Source: a virus. From it: a stretch of 64,000 nt of DNA. The DNA lies in IMG/VR virus record IMGVR_UViG_3300026488_000011, positions 32,001-96,000 of that record; one strand, written 5' to 3'. Position 1 is the first letter of the stretch, and each line of letters begins with the position of its first letter. The position numbers and the translations under genes were made by a program. This document shows, piece after piece, positions 18,120 to 26,773 of this stretch. The notes beneath the pieces were generated by a model. It was given only the letters and a program-made list of their open reading frames with translations. It had not been told where the DNA came from and did not search any database.

Positions 18120-19921
18120 AACATTCCCATTCCTGGCATTGCGAATTGTGGTCCTTGTGGTCCTGCGTATCCAAAGTTAACTCCACCAACTTTAGCTCCA
18201 GCGTAAGCTGCTGCAACTGCTTGAAGATTACTGTAGCTAGTAAACTCTATCTTACCAATATCTGCTCTTGGATTTAATCCAGCTGCGATTGCTGCTTCTA
18301 CTAGTTCTTTATAGAATGCTCCGTTTAGAGTCACTCTCACTGCCTTACCTGTAATTACCGCGTTTGGAATCAATGCGTTTATTACTTCTAATTTTAGTAG
18401 GTAAGGATCTTTCCCAGTGATGTGCGCAGGAGCATTACTATCGATCCATTTAAGCACTAAATCCATATCTTTAGCATGTTCTAAGACATATGCTAAATCC
18501 ACTTCTCGGATGTCTCTCTTAGTACCAGTGTTATCGATCCATTCTCCTACTGGCACCACAATAGTAGAGGCAGCTACTTGTCTGTTAGCGAATGCGTGTC
18601 CAGTTAGTGATTCAGCGATAGCAATAATTTCTTCATTAGCAGCTTCTGCTGCTCCTGGTACTGCTAGTGCTGCAAATGGTGCTTCGATACCGAAATTCGG
18701 ACCATAATATTCTACTTCCACAGCGAATGCTTTTTCAAACTCCACTGCGTTAGCTAAGAAATTGAGTACTTCATTTTCGTTCAATTTACCGTCTTTGAGT
18801 TTGATCTTTTTACCGAATTGCGCATTAGGTGTTTTAGGATCAACTACTGTTTTAGTTAACACATTGAGTACACCTAAATCTCTAGGCACGTTCATTAATA
18901 GTTGATAATGCATGCTTTGGTTGTTAAAGATGCTGCTATTAATAATGTTTAATAGTATCATTTCAGCTGTAGGTCTGAACGCATGAAATTCGTTCAATAT
19001 TACTAGAGGCATTATCATTGTTCTAGGAGGCTGCCCAGGTATATTAGCAATCATATCTGGCAAATACTCTAGATAACCTACCTCAGTAGTCTGAGGTTTT
19101 CTTATATTTCCTCCTATTAAACTTTGCGCTCTATTAAATACTGCTACTAGATCTAGTTCAAAATCAGTTCTAATAGGTTTACCGACAGCGTTTTGAAATA
19201 CACCCATATTGAATGTTGTGTCTATAACTAATTGTCCTTGTTTTTGGGCAATTTTACTAGTATATGTTCTCAAGTCCAGGTAATTTAAGACACTGTTTTC
19301 GATGTAAAGTTTTGCTAGATTGTTGTTTAGCGCTACTACTGTAGCCGGAATACCAACTTGTTCTGGATCTTGATCGTGTGGCACTACCAGACCTTCAGTA
19401 GGTCTTAAGTTGTCTTCAGTCGTGCCATACGCATCCATCAACACTCTCTTAATAAGGGATTGTAGATATGTATCTGCAAATGTGTCAGCTGCTACATAAA
19501 TTAAACTTGATCTTTTGAATTTAATCTCTTCTAGTATATGTGCGATTTGTACAGGTTTTCTACCTGTCGCTTCTAACAGTATTACGTGGAAGTATACTTT
19601 AGGGCTATTGCTAGCCTGTGTTGCTACTATAACATAACTGTACGGTAGATCTTGGAACTGTGTATCTTTGTCTAACTTAAATAATCTAGTTCTGATCTCT
19701 ACCCCTTTTTTAACTAGAGGTTCTTTAATAGCCGGAACTTCTTTAGCTTTTTCTATAAATTTGTTTAAATATTCGCTACCTGTTCCTGGTACTAGGAACA
19801 TTGTTGCTCCGAAATCATCATCGTCGAAGCTTGCAGTTTGATTAACGTTTTGTTGTTGTTGCTCTTGTGCAACTTTTTCAGTTGTTTGTGTTGTCATTTT
19901 GCTTTCATCTCTTAAAGCCAT
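18104..19921 (-). CDS. chmA: chimallin, major phage nuclear shell protein (about 605 aa)
   Basis: Collinear matches to remembered 201phi2-1 gp105: NAVGKPIRTD~DTVGNPIRAD, PTAEM~NTPEM, RDLGVL~KDIGAL, GEWIDNTGTKRDIREVD~GNWFDGDEKRDRRDLD, ITGKAVRVTLNGAF~YTGKAERCTYNAKF; Q-rich N-tail. True start is the ATG at 19921 behind AAGGAG; the track's 20035 start is an upstream extension. Confidence 0.9.
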   Translation of the reverse strand: MALRDESKMTTQTTEKVAQEQQQQNVNQTASFDDDDFGATMFLVPGTGSEYLNKFIEKAKEVPAIKEPLVKKGVEIRTRLFKLDKDTQFQDLPYSYVIVATQASNSPKVYFHVILLEATGRKPVQIAHILEEIKFKRSSLIYVAADTFADTYLQSLIKRVLMDAYGTTEDNLRPTEGLVVPHDQDPEQVGIPATVVALNNNLAKLYIENSVLNYLDLRTYTSKIAQKQGQLVIDTTFNMGVFQNAVGKPIRTDFELDLVAVFNRAQSLIGGNIRKPQTTEVGYLEYLPDMIANIPGQPPRTMIMPLVILNEFHAFRPTAEMILLNIINSSIFNNQSMHYQLLMNVPRDLGVLNVLTKTVVDPKTPNAQFGKKIKLKDGKLNENEVLNFLANAVEFEKAFAVEVEYYGPNFGIEAPFAALAVPGAAEAANEEIIAIAESLTGHAFANRQVAASTIVVPVGEWIDNTGTKRDIREVDLAYVLEHAKDMDLVLKWIDSNAPAHITGKDPYLLKLEVINALIPNAVITGKAVRVTLNGAFYKELVEAAIAAGLNPRADIGKIEFTSYSNLQAVAAAYAGAKVGGVNFGYAGPQGPQFAMPGMGMFGYGS

Positions 19922-19967
19922 TTTCTTCTCCTTTTGGTTTTGTTTTTTTTTAAAGGCACTGATCAGT

Positions 19968-20145
19968 GTCTTATGACACGCAACTGTGTTAGACGCCAAC
20001 TCTTCTACACTTTGCTCAGAGGTAGTTCTGAGCAACTTAATAATATATTGGTTTAATTATTTTGGAATTAAACCAATAGTACCGCTAGGCGGTTCTTCTA
20101 TAGGTCTGAGTCCGAAGACCCAGACCTGATACCTGTTTGGTATCA
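19968..20145 (-). promoter_or_regulatory. highly structured 5' leader of chimallin mRNA
   Basis: Six consecutive hairpins (19968-19994, 20012-20035, 20047-20077, 20081-20093, 20102-20127 with cUUCGg loop on the minus strand, 20127-20145). Confidence 0.65.
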
Positions 20146-20150
20146 CATAA

Positions 20151-20158
20151 GTAATATA
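20151..20158 (-). promoter_or_regulatory. phiKZ-type early promoter box TATATTAC (chimallin)
   Basis: Exact match to the known phiKZ early promoter consensus, immediately upstream of the leader hairpins. Confidence 0.7.
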
Positions 20159-20228
20159 TGATAAAAAAAAGTTGAATTCACATAATATATAAGATTCGTT
20201 GAATAAATTTAATCAGTAAGGGAAAAAG

Positions 20229-21275
20229 ATGTTTTCATTATTCTTCAGTAAGAACAATAATAGTATCAGTATTACTAATTCCAAGTTAGACTGGTTACTC
20301 TTAAAACTAGGATTACAAGTAAGGAGATTAAAGAACTATTATTATAGCAGAAACTTCTATATAGACAGACCAAACATTTTAGTATCCCTACTAGAACATT
20401 TACCTGTAAGGTATGACAGTTCTAAGGAGGAGTTAAGTGATATTGATATATACGACGTACCTATCAATGATTTAGTTTCTATTAAGTCTAAAGGTAGAAT
20501 ACTGGCAAATAATGTATTTGTAAATGTAAGTGAGATATTTGAGATACATAAAGGTGACTGGGTAAATATGGATGAAATCAATTATTTGGATTTCAGTCCT
20601 ATAAAGTGTCTATACCATACTTTGGACAATATAGGACCAATATATCCCAAAGATTATGACTATGCGAGTGAAGTAACTGATTATGCAGTATTCAGTATAG
20701 ACATCACAATACTTTCTCAACAGTTCTTTTTCTGGTTAAACGAACAAGTTGAGAATGATAAAGATACTGATCCTGCTAGATATGTAGCTAGTGTTCTTTT
20801 ACCAAATTTAATAGACTCTATCACAAATATAAGCTTAATTAACAGATTTATTAGGTTAACGGAAGATGTTGAAAATGTAAACGTAATAACGAATATTAAC
20901 GGTATCTATGATTTAAGCAGTAAAATAGATGAAGAGTTGTTAAGGCTACATAAGAAGTTAGATACCAAACCTATGTATTATACAGATTATCTTTATAATA
21001 TCCCGGATATTACCAGTAATATTTTACATACCTTAAGTCTGTCAAATATACCATTCAATAGTCAAAACGAATGGTTAGTTTACTTTACCAGATTTCCTTA
21101 CGTTAACTATTTACTCAGTCTGGATAAATTAAAGACAATGAATAAACCATACATTACCGAACTAAAGAATGAGATTAAACAAATTAGACGTTCGGTATTG
21201 CCTAAGTTAAATGATCATTATGTAATAAAATCAATCCTGGAGACTGAAATCCAGGAAGCTGAAAGGAGATTTTAA
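20229..21275 (+). CDS. conserved phiKZ-like protein, possibly virion-associated (gp52-like by position)
   Basis: 348 aa, divergent from chimallin. Confidence 0.5.
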   Translation: MFSLFFSKNNNSISITNSKLDWLLLKLGLQVRRLKNYYYSRNFYIDRPNILVSLLEHLPVRYDSSKEELSDIDIYDVPINDLVSIKSKGRILANNVFVNVSEIFEIHKGDWVNMDEINYLDFSPIKCLYHTLDNIGPIYPKDYDYASEVTDYAVFSIDITILSQQFFFWLNEQVENDKDTDPARYVASVLLPNLIDSITNISLINRFIRLTEDVENVNVITNINGIYDLSSKIDEELLRLHKKLDTKPMYYTDYLYNIPDITSNILHTLSLSNIPFNSQNEWLVYFTRFPYVNYLLSLDKLKTMNKPYITELKNEIKQIRRSVLPKLNDHYVIKSILETEIQEAERRF

Positions 21276-22081
21276 TGTTAGCTATACAAAAAGCCATACA
21301 AGATATAGAATTTGAAATACCCTCTAAGATACTGGAATTAGCATTTCTATCAGATATTTCTAAAACACATATTTTAAGGCCTACGCTAGAGGAACAAATA
21401 GAGAAGGTTTTAATTAAGCCTAAGGTACTCACAGATTGTAATATTGTAGGAGGAACTACAATTACAATACCTGTAGAACAATGCTACCAGGAACTAGTAC
21501 CGTATAATCCTACCGGTAACTATATGGTAATTTATGTACCACCTGAACTAAGGGATAATAAGGACATATTATCAGCATTATCACTTACGTATAGTTTATA
21601 CACACCTCCTGGTGCGTATGGTATTAATACTAACCCTGGTTTGAAATTGACAGAGAGAGCGTTTAATGCTGTAGATGCTAATGTAGGTGGTTTTGCTACA
21701 TCTAATTTAGAATTAATAGGGCCAAATACTATACTAGTTCATGAAACCATTTACTCCAACATAGGAGGTTATCTGAGAGTTAAGGTAGAAAATGATGATG
21801 AATTAAGAAACCTGAATCCTAGGTATTTCTTACACTTTAGTAAGCTATGCATCTTGGCTACTAAAGGCTATTGCTATAACAAACTTATTATAGGACTAAA
21901 TGAAGGATATGTATACGGCGGTCATGAACTAAATAAGATAACAGAGATAGTGGAAAGTTATTCTGATGCTTGGGAAGAGTATAGAGAGTATCTTAACACT
22001 GTATGGAGAAAACTCTCATTTATGAACGATGATCAAAGTCATTCTAGATTCATAAAGGCTATGATAAATCCTATATTATAA
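21275..22081 (+). CDS. conserved phiKZ-like protein, function unknown
   Basis: 268 aa; N-terminal AIQKAIQDIEFEIP..ILELAF pattern; translationally coupled (TAATG). Confidence 0.6.
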   Translation: MLAIQKAIQDIEFEIPSKILELAFLSDISKTHILRPTLEEQIEKVLIKPKVLTDCNIVGGTTITIPVEQCYQELVPYNPTGNYMVIYVPPELRDNKDILSALSLTYSLYTPPGAYGINTNPGLKLTERAFNAVDANVGGFATSNLELIGPNTILVHETIYSNIGGYLRVKVENDDELRNLNPRYFLHFSKLCILATKGYCYNKLIIGLNEGYVYGGHELNKITEIVESYSDAWEEYREYLNTVWRKLSFMNDDQSHSRFIKAMINPIL

Positions 22082-22110
22082 AAAGCATTACGAAAAGAAA
22101 AAAAAAGAAT

Positions 22111-22141
22111 ATCCATAGGACAGTTATTCTGTCCTATGGAT
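22111..22141. terminator. bidirectional terminator hairpin
   Basis: 13-bp stem ATCCATAGGACAG/CTGTCCTATGGAT between convergent genes. Confidence 0.8.
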
Positions 22142-22149
22142 GTCTATCA

Positions 22150-22911
22150 TTAATCTATAGAGAGTTTCCAGTAGTGGTCGAAGTTCAATTTCCTGATAGT
22201 AGGATAATCATAAACCGATTTTGTTACTATATATTGGTTATCCTTATCTGTATATATCAGGATTTCATACCCATCTTCCATATACGGATTGAGGAGCTTG
22301 TATAGCTTTCTATTACTTGTGAGTCTGAATATCTTACCGTTTTCCAATTCTGTATTTTTAGGAATTAGTTCTTGCGGTAATACAATAAATCTCACTGCAG
22401 AAGGATATATAATGCTTTTCACTCCCTCAATCTTGTATCTTTCTAAGTCTTCTATCAGTTCTACCTCTATCTCCGTTATTCTAGTGTCTAGGTTATTTTC
22501 GTTAAAAAGCTCTATGAACTTTTTATATCGAGGATCTTCTTTAGCGGCTTCTATGATTTCCGCCCTGTCTATATCATAACTATCGATACTCACAGGACCT
22601 ATCATCGATTTAAGTTTTCTGTTAACTTCATTAGTTAACTGCACGTTTAAAAATTCTTTTATCTCCATAGGAGCGTCTTTTTTAATTTCAGGTAACAGTC
22701 CCTGGAAATCTATATACTTTCTTAGATCCCAAATAATCTCACCGTCATTATCCTTTTCCAGAGGAAGCATGTTTATGAGCATGAGATTTAACATTTTAGG
22801 ATTGTCATTCTCAAGATGGTCTATTAGTGATAAAGTTCTTGCTTCCATCTTATTATCTAAAAGAATAATTGCATCTGTTTCACTTAGTTCTTTAATCTTT
22901 TTAAAATTCAT
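22150..22911 (-). CDS. hypothetical protein
   Basis: 253 aa with AAGGAG RBS. Confidence 0.75.
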   Translation of the reverse strand: MNFKKIKELSETDAIILLDNKMEARTLSLIDHLENDNPKMLNLMLINMLPLEKDNDGEIIWDLRKYIDFQGLLPEIKKDAPMEIKEFLNVQLTNEVNRKLKSMIGPVSIDSYDIDRAEIIEAAKEDPRYKKFIELFNENNLDTRITEIEVELIEDLERYKIEGVKSIIYPSAVRFIVLPQELIPKNTELENGKIFRLTSNRKLYKLLNPYMEDGYEILIYTDKDNQYIVTKSVYDYPTIRKLNFDHYWKLSID

Positions 22912-22983
22912 ATCTTCTCCTTTTTTTAGTGTTTATTGTTCATATATATTAGATATGGTTAAATGTGTTTATGAGGGCTAGAC

Positions 22984-23637
22984 CTAACATTCTTTAGGTC
23001 TAACGATAAACTCATACGTCTTTGTTAGGTCATCGAATACAATTTCTAGGATCTCTGTTTCCTCGTCATAGAGTGGAGGGAACTCATTGCCTGGTTTTGG
23101 TTTATAATTGCTTCTATCTAATTGAGTTGTTTGCGGTCGTGTTTGCTGTCTTGGTTGTGCAGGCTGTTGAGGCTGTTGATTTTGATATCCCATAGGTGGC
23201 GGCGCAGCAGTAGTTGCACCAGGTCCCATATTCTGGTAAGCAGGTTGCCCTATCGCCACCCCACCTGTACCAACATTAGGTCTCTGATATCCCATTGGTG
23301 CCGGTGCGATGGTAGGGCCCATAGGATTCATGGTTGGAGGCAAACCTCCTCCTTGAAACATTGGTCTAGGGCTTTGACCTGGATACATTGGTTGTTGGTA
23401 TCCTTGTTGTTGTGGATATTGAGGTGGATACATGGGTTGCTGATATCCTTGCTGGGGCATCGGTTGTCCCATAGGCGGCGGCTGCATTCCCATATTTACA
23501 GGCTGTCCCGCTGGCTGCTGATAACTTTGTTGTCTATATTGCTGATACGCTCCTGGTTTTGGACCAGGTTGTTGATTAGGGTATTGACCTGGTTGGCCAT
23601 AGCCAGGTTGTCCCCATTGATTTTGGTTGTTCCACAT
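22984..23637 (-). CDS. Q/P/G/Y-rich low-complexity (prion-like) protein with short folded C-terminus
   Basis: About 175 aa of Q/P/G/Y/M repeats (QGYQQPMYP twice), then YKPKPGNEFPPLYD...; AAGGAG RBS. Confidence 0.75.
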   Translation of the reverse strand: MWNNQNQWGQPGYGQPGQYPNQQPGPKPGAYQQYRQQSYQQPAGQPVNMGMQPPPMGQPMPQQGYQQPMYPPQYPQQQGYQQPMYPGQSPRPMFQGGGLPPTMNPMGPTIAPAPMGYQRPNVGTGGVAIGQPAYQNMGPGATTAAPPPMGYQNQQPQQPAQPRQQTRPQTTQLDRSNYKPKPGNEFPPLYDEETEILEIVFDDLTKTYEFIVRPKEC

Positions 23638-23711
23638 ATTTTCTCCTTTGTTTAGTTTATCTTTTCCGGAAAAGATGCTAGGATGGTTCCTAGCACCTAA
23701 ATAATGTATAT

Positions 23712-24230
23712 CTACTTTTTATTAGAATTTAAGGTTTTTAGTATTGTTTCGATCTTTTTAATGTCAAAATCTACTACACCCGCCCCCACTAAGTCTTTTA
23801 AAAACTTAACAGATTCTTCTACGAATACCTTTTCTTTATCAGAAAGACCTTTGATGGTTTTCTCAATATCTTCTTTAGTTAGGTCCTTAAATGGTTCTAC
23901 CATCGCCATTATACCTGATAACACATTATTCCTGAATATCTCGTTAGTAATATTCTTTTCTAAAGAACCTGCTGATCTAGTTATGGTGTTTTCTACTAAC
24001 AACTCAACCTGTTCTGGATCGTTAGGATCTGTAAGATCATTTAACGCCACATCTGTAGCGACATACACAGCATCTTTTCCGCCTAATATATCGTCTAGTC
24101 TAGTATCCTTTATCACTGCACCAGAGTAGATTATTTTATCGTCTACATCGTTTATATCTAGGGTAGCAACCTTTACGTCCCCACCTTTTCTGTATATTAG
24201 CATTACTGCTTTATTGTTTGCTTCATTCAT
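23712..24230 (-). CDS. hypothetical early protein
   Basis: 172 aa with AAGGAG RBS and TATATTAC upstream. Confidence 0.75.
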   Translation of the reverse strand: MNEANNKAVMLIYRKGGDVKVATLDINDVDDKIIYSGAVIKDTRLDDILGGKDAVYVATDVALNDLTDPNDPEQVELLVENTITRSAGSLEKNITNEIFRNNVLSGIMAMVEPFKDLTKEDIEKTIKGLSDKEKVFVEESVKFLKDLVGAGVVDFDIKKIETILKTLNSNKK

Positions 24231-24266
24231 GTTTTCTCCTTTACTTAGTTTAGATTTGTCCTATTA

Positions 24267-24274
24267 GTAATATA
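24267..24274 (-). promoter_or_regulatory. early promoter box TATATTAC
   Basis: Exact consensus 37 nt upstream of the start of 23712-24230. Confidence 0.7.
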
Positions 24275-24281
24275 TAAGCAT

Positions 24282-24311
24282 ATACTAGACCAGGTTAATC
24301 TGGTCTAGTAT
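24282..24311 (-). terminator. portal terminator hairpin
   Basis: 12-bp stem ATACTAGACCAG/CTGGTCTAGTAT. Confidence 0.7.
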
Positions 24312-24312
24312 G

Positions 24313-26727
24313 CTATATTTCAGGTTCCTCTATCGTATTAGTTTCTTCAGGTTCTTCATCATTACCAAGCTCTGTTTCTCCATTACCCTCAGTTATAGGT
24401 TCTTCTTCATCTTCTTCGTTCTCTATTTTCTCTAGTTTTTTCTCGATTTTCTTTTCTTTCTTTTTCATAGATTTTAGGAATGGCATAACTACCTTTTCTA
24501 GTACTTCTATGTAACTTTCATATTCTTCCAATATGTTTAATGCAGGTTTACCATCATCAGTAAGACTAAATAGACTGGCTATGTCTTCCATGTAACCGTT
24601 TTCACTAATCCATTTCTTAATTAGGATTACTTTAATTACATTTTTAATGTTCTCTACCTTATCGCTAAATTCTCCTAACAGTTCATCAGGTATTACCTCA
24701 CTATTAAACATAGTCTCTAAGATAGAATCTAAACTGTCTACATATGCTTCAAATGTTTCTTTAAGGTTGTCGTTGTCTTGTGATTCTGGTTTAGGTAGAT
24801 TCACTCTCATTGATTTAAGTATTTGCCTATAGACGTGTTCTGCTAGTTCCGTATCTGATAAATGTTTTAACACTGATATTTCTTCTTTATAGGCAGTCTT
24901 AGTTAATTGTTTCCTTATAGAAGAAATACTCTTGAGTATTACATCCATTAACTTTCTCTTTAGTAATCCATCTACAGTGCATTGCTTTCTGATGTTTCTA
25001 CTGGCCTGATCGTTAAATATTTCTTGGTACTTGCTAACTCTTTTGGCAAACAACACGTTATTATTTCTAACAGTCGTAGCAAAATCAGGACTATATGCAT
25101 TATCAATCATTTCCGGAGTGAGTCCTAAGGTTAATGTAATGTGTTTATCTACTTGTTCTTTTAAATCATCGTTAACAGGATTTACATCGAAAGTCTTTTC
25201 GTTTATGTCTATATCTACGTCCGGTAAACCTGGGTGTTTAAAGTTAAAACTAAAACCTATCTTATGCACCCAATCTACTAAGTCATCGACTTTCAATATC
25301 CCTATAGGCAGGTTTACTTGTCTATTCTTTAAGACTTCTGTCATTATCTTTTCCATGGTCTTTTCATAATCTACGTCATCATCATCCAGTTTAGCATTTA
25401 CCTCTGTAATAGGAATAGACGACTTAATAAAACTTAACAAACTAACAAACACTATTATTGCTCTAAAACTAGCTAGTACTGTAATTCTTTCTAATAAAGA
25501 TTTTCCAGTACCGTTCTCTCTATAATCAAATGCATAATACGATAATAAGTTTTCAGGAACAAATAATAATTTTGTTTTCTTCCCGGTCAGGATTCTATTT
25601 AGTAGTATGTCTATTAGTTCAGATCTGTCTTCTAAACTTAGTTTAGCTACTCTACCCAATTTACTGTCTTGTATTACTGACTTGAGTTTTTCTATTACTA
25701 ACTCTTCCCTTAATTGGTCTATATTTTCTAGTGTAGGAGCTCTGCTTACTTTGTCCTTGACTAGCTTCTTAGCTCTTCCTAATATATCGTCTATCATAGA
25801 TTTATTATCTTTATGATAGTCTGTTAATTCGGTATCGAAAGCACTAGTGATTTGATTACCAGATTCGTCTAATAAGACAAAATACCCAAAGTGTTTACTA
25901 GGGTCATTTTTGCTAGTAATAGGAATGATTGAATTAGTATCTATTTTTTTAACGAGCGGCATTCCGTGGTTATTACCATAATCGTTTAACATAGTGATAG
26001 GTTCTTCTTCTCTTCTTAACGCACCAGAAGTTATATTCACTTCCTCAAAACCTAATGCAACTCCTGTTAGTTTGCTTTCTATCTCTAATTCCAATGCTTC
26101 CTCATAGGCTTCTTCTGCTAATAATAAAGCAGGATTGTCACTTACTTCTAATAACGCATTTCTGCCTTCTTTTACCAGTGCTTTGTAACCAATAATATCT
26201 ATACTAGTTTTAGCCATGGTATCCATGACGTGCTCTATATTCTCGAAACCTATTCCTATTGATTTCTTGTTAGCAGATATAAAGCTGTCAGGGATTATAA
26301 TTTCCCCGTATGAACCTTTTGTAAAGAGTGCTTCTTCGATAATCTTAGGTATCTTTTTGGTAAATTCATATTCTTTCTTAATATGGTTTCTTAAGATATC
26401 TGTAACTAATAATCTAACATCTGACGGTAAATTCAGATCTTCAAATTTTATGTTAAAATTAATTGTTAATAGGTCGTTTGGAGATATAATACTAGATACC
26501 AAAATTTCTTTCGCCAATTCTAGATCTGGAAAAATATCTAAGATATCTTTATTTACTTCTGATGTATTTTTATTATGTTTATAAATTCTAAACAAATCAG
26601 AGTAGGTAACGCTTGTCGGTTTTTCTTTTATATTTCTTTTAGCTAAATTTTTTTCTAATTCCTTTACAATTGGATCTTCTGCTGGATCAACTGTGTTTAC
26701 TTTTATTTTTTTTGTTTGTTTGCTCAT
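24313..26727 (-). CDS. portal protein (phiKZ gp129-like)
   Basis: 804 aa; IFPDLELAKEILVSSIISPNDL, YYAFDYRENGTGKSLL, LGLTPEMIDNAYSPDFATT; acidic tail; divergent from the gp128-like gene. Confidence 0.8.
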   Translation of the reverse strand: MSKQTKKIKVNTVDPAEDPIVKELEKNLAKRNIKEKPTSVTYSDLFRIYKHNKNTSEVNKDILDIFPDLELAKEILVSSIISPNDLLTINFNIKFEDLNLPSDVRLLVTDILRNHIKKEYEFTKKIPKIIEEALFTKGSYGEIIIPDSFISANKKSIGIGFENIEHVMDTMAKTSIDIIGYKALVKEGRNALLEVSDNPALLLAEEAYEEALELEIESKLTGVALGFEEVNITSGALRREEEPITMLNDYGNNHGMPLVKKIDTNSIIPITSKNDPSKHFGYFVLLDESGNQITSAFDTELTDYHKDNKSMIDDILGRAKKLVKDKVSRAPTLENIDQLREELVIEKLKSVIQDSKLGRVAKLSLEDRSELIDILLNRILTGKKTKLLFVPENLLSYYAFDYRENGTGKSLLERITVLASFRAIIVFVSLLSFIKSSIPITEVNAKLDDDDVDYEKTMEKIMTEVLKNRQVNLPIGILKVDDLVDWVHKIGFSFNFKHPGLPDVDIDINEKTFDVNPVNDDLKEQVDKHITLTLGLTPEMIDNAYSPDFATTVRNNNVLFAKRVSKYQEIFNDQASRNIRKQCTVDGLLKRKLMDVILKSISSIRKQLTKTAYKEEISVLKHLSDTELAEHVYRQILKSMRVNLPKPESQDNDNLKETFEAYVDSLDSILETMFNSEVIPDELLGEFSDKVENIKNVIKVILIKKWISENGYMEDIASLFSLTDDGKPALNILEEYESYIEVLEKVVMPFLKSMKKKEKKIEKKLEKIENEEDEEEPITEGNGETELGNDEEPEETNTIEEPEI

Positions 26728-26773
26728 AAAGGCTCCTTTTTTTGAATTAAGACTATATAATAAGGAATAAACG

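Noticed and set aside
19922-20035. N-terminal 38-codon extension of chimallin in the ORF track
   Set aside because: TTG start with no RBS inside a hairpin-rich leader; the ATG at 19921 has AAGGAG at ideal spacing.
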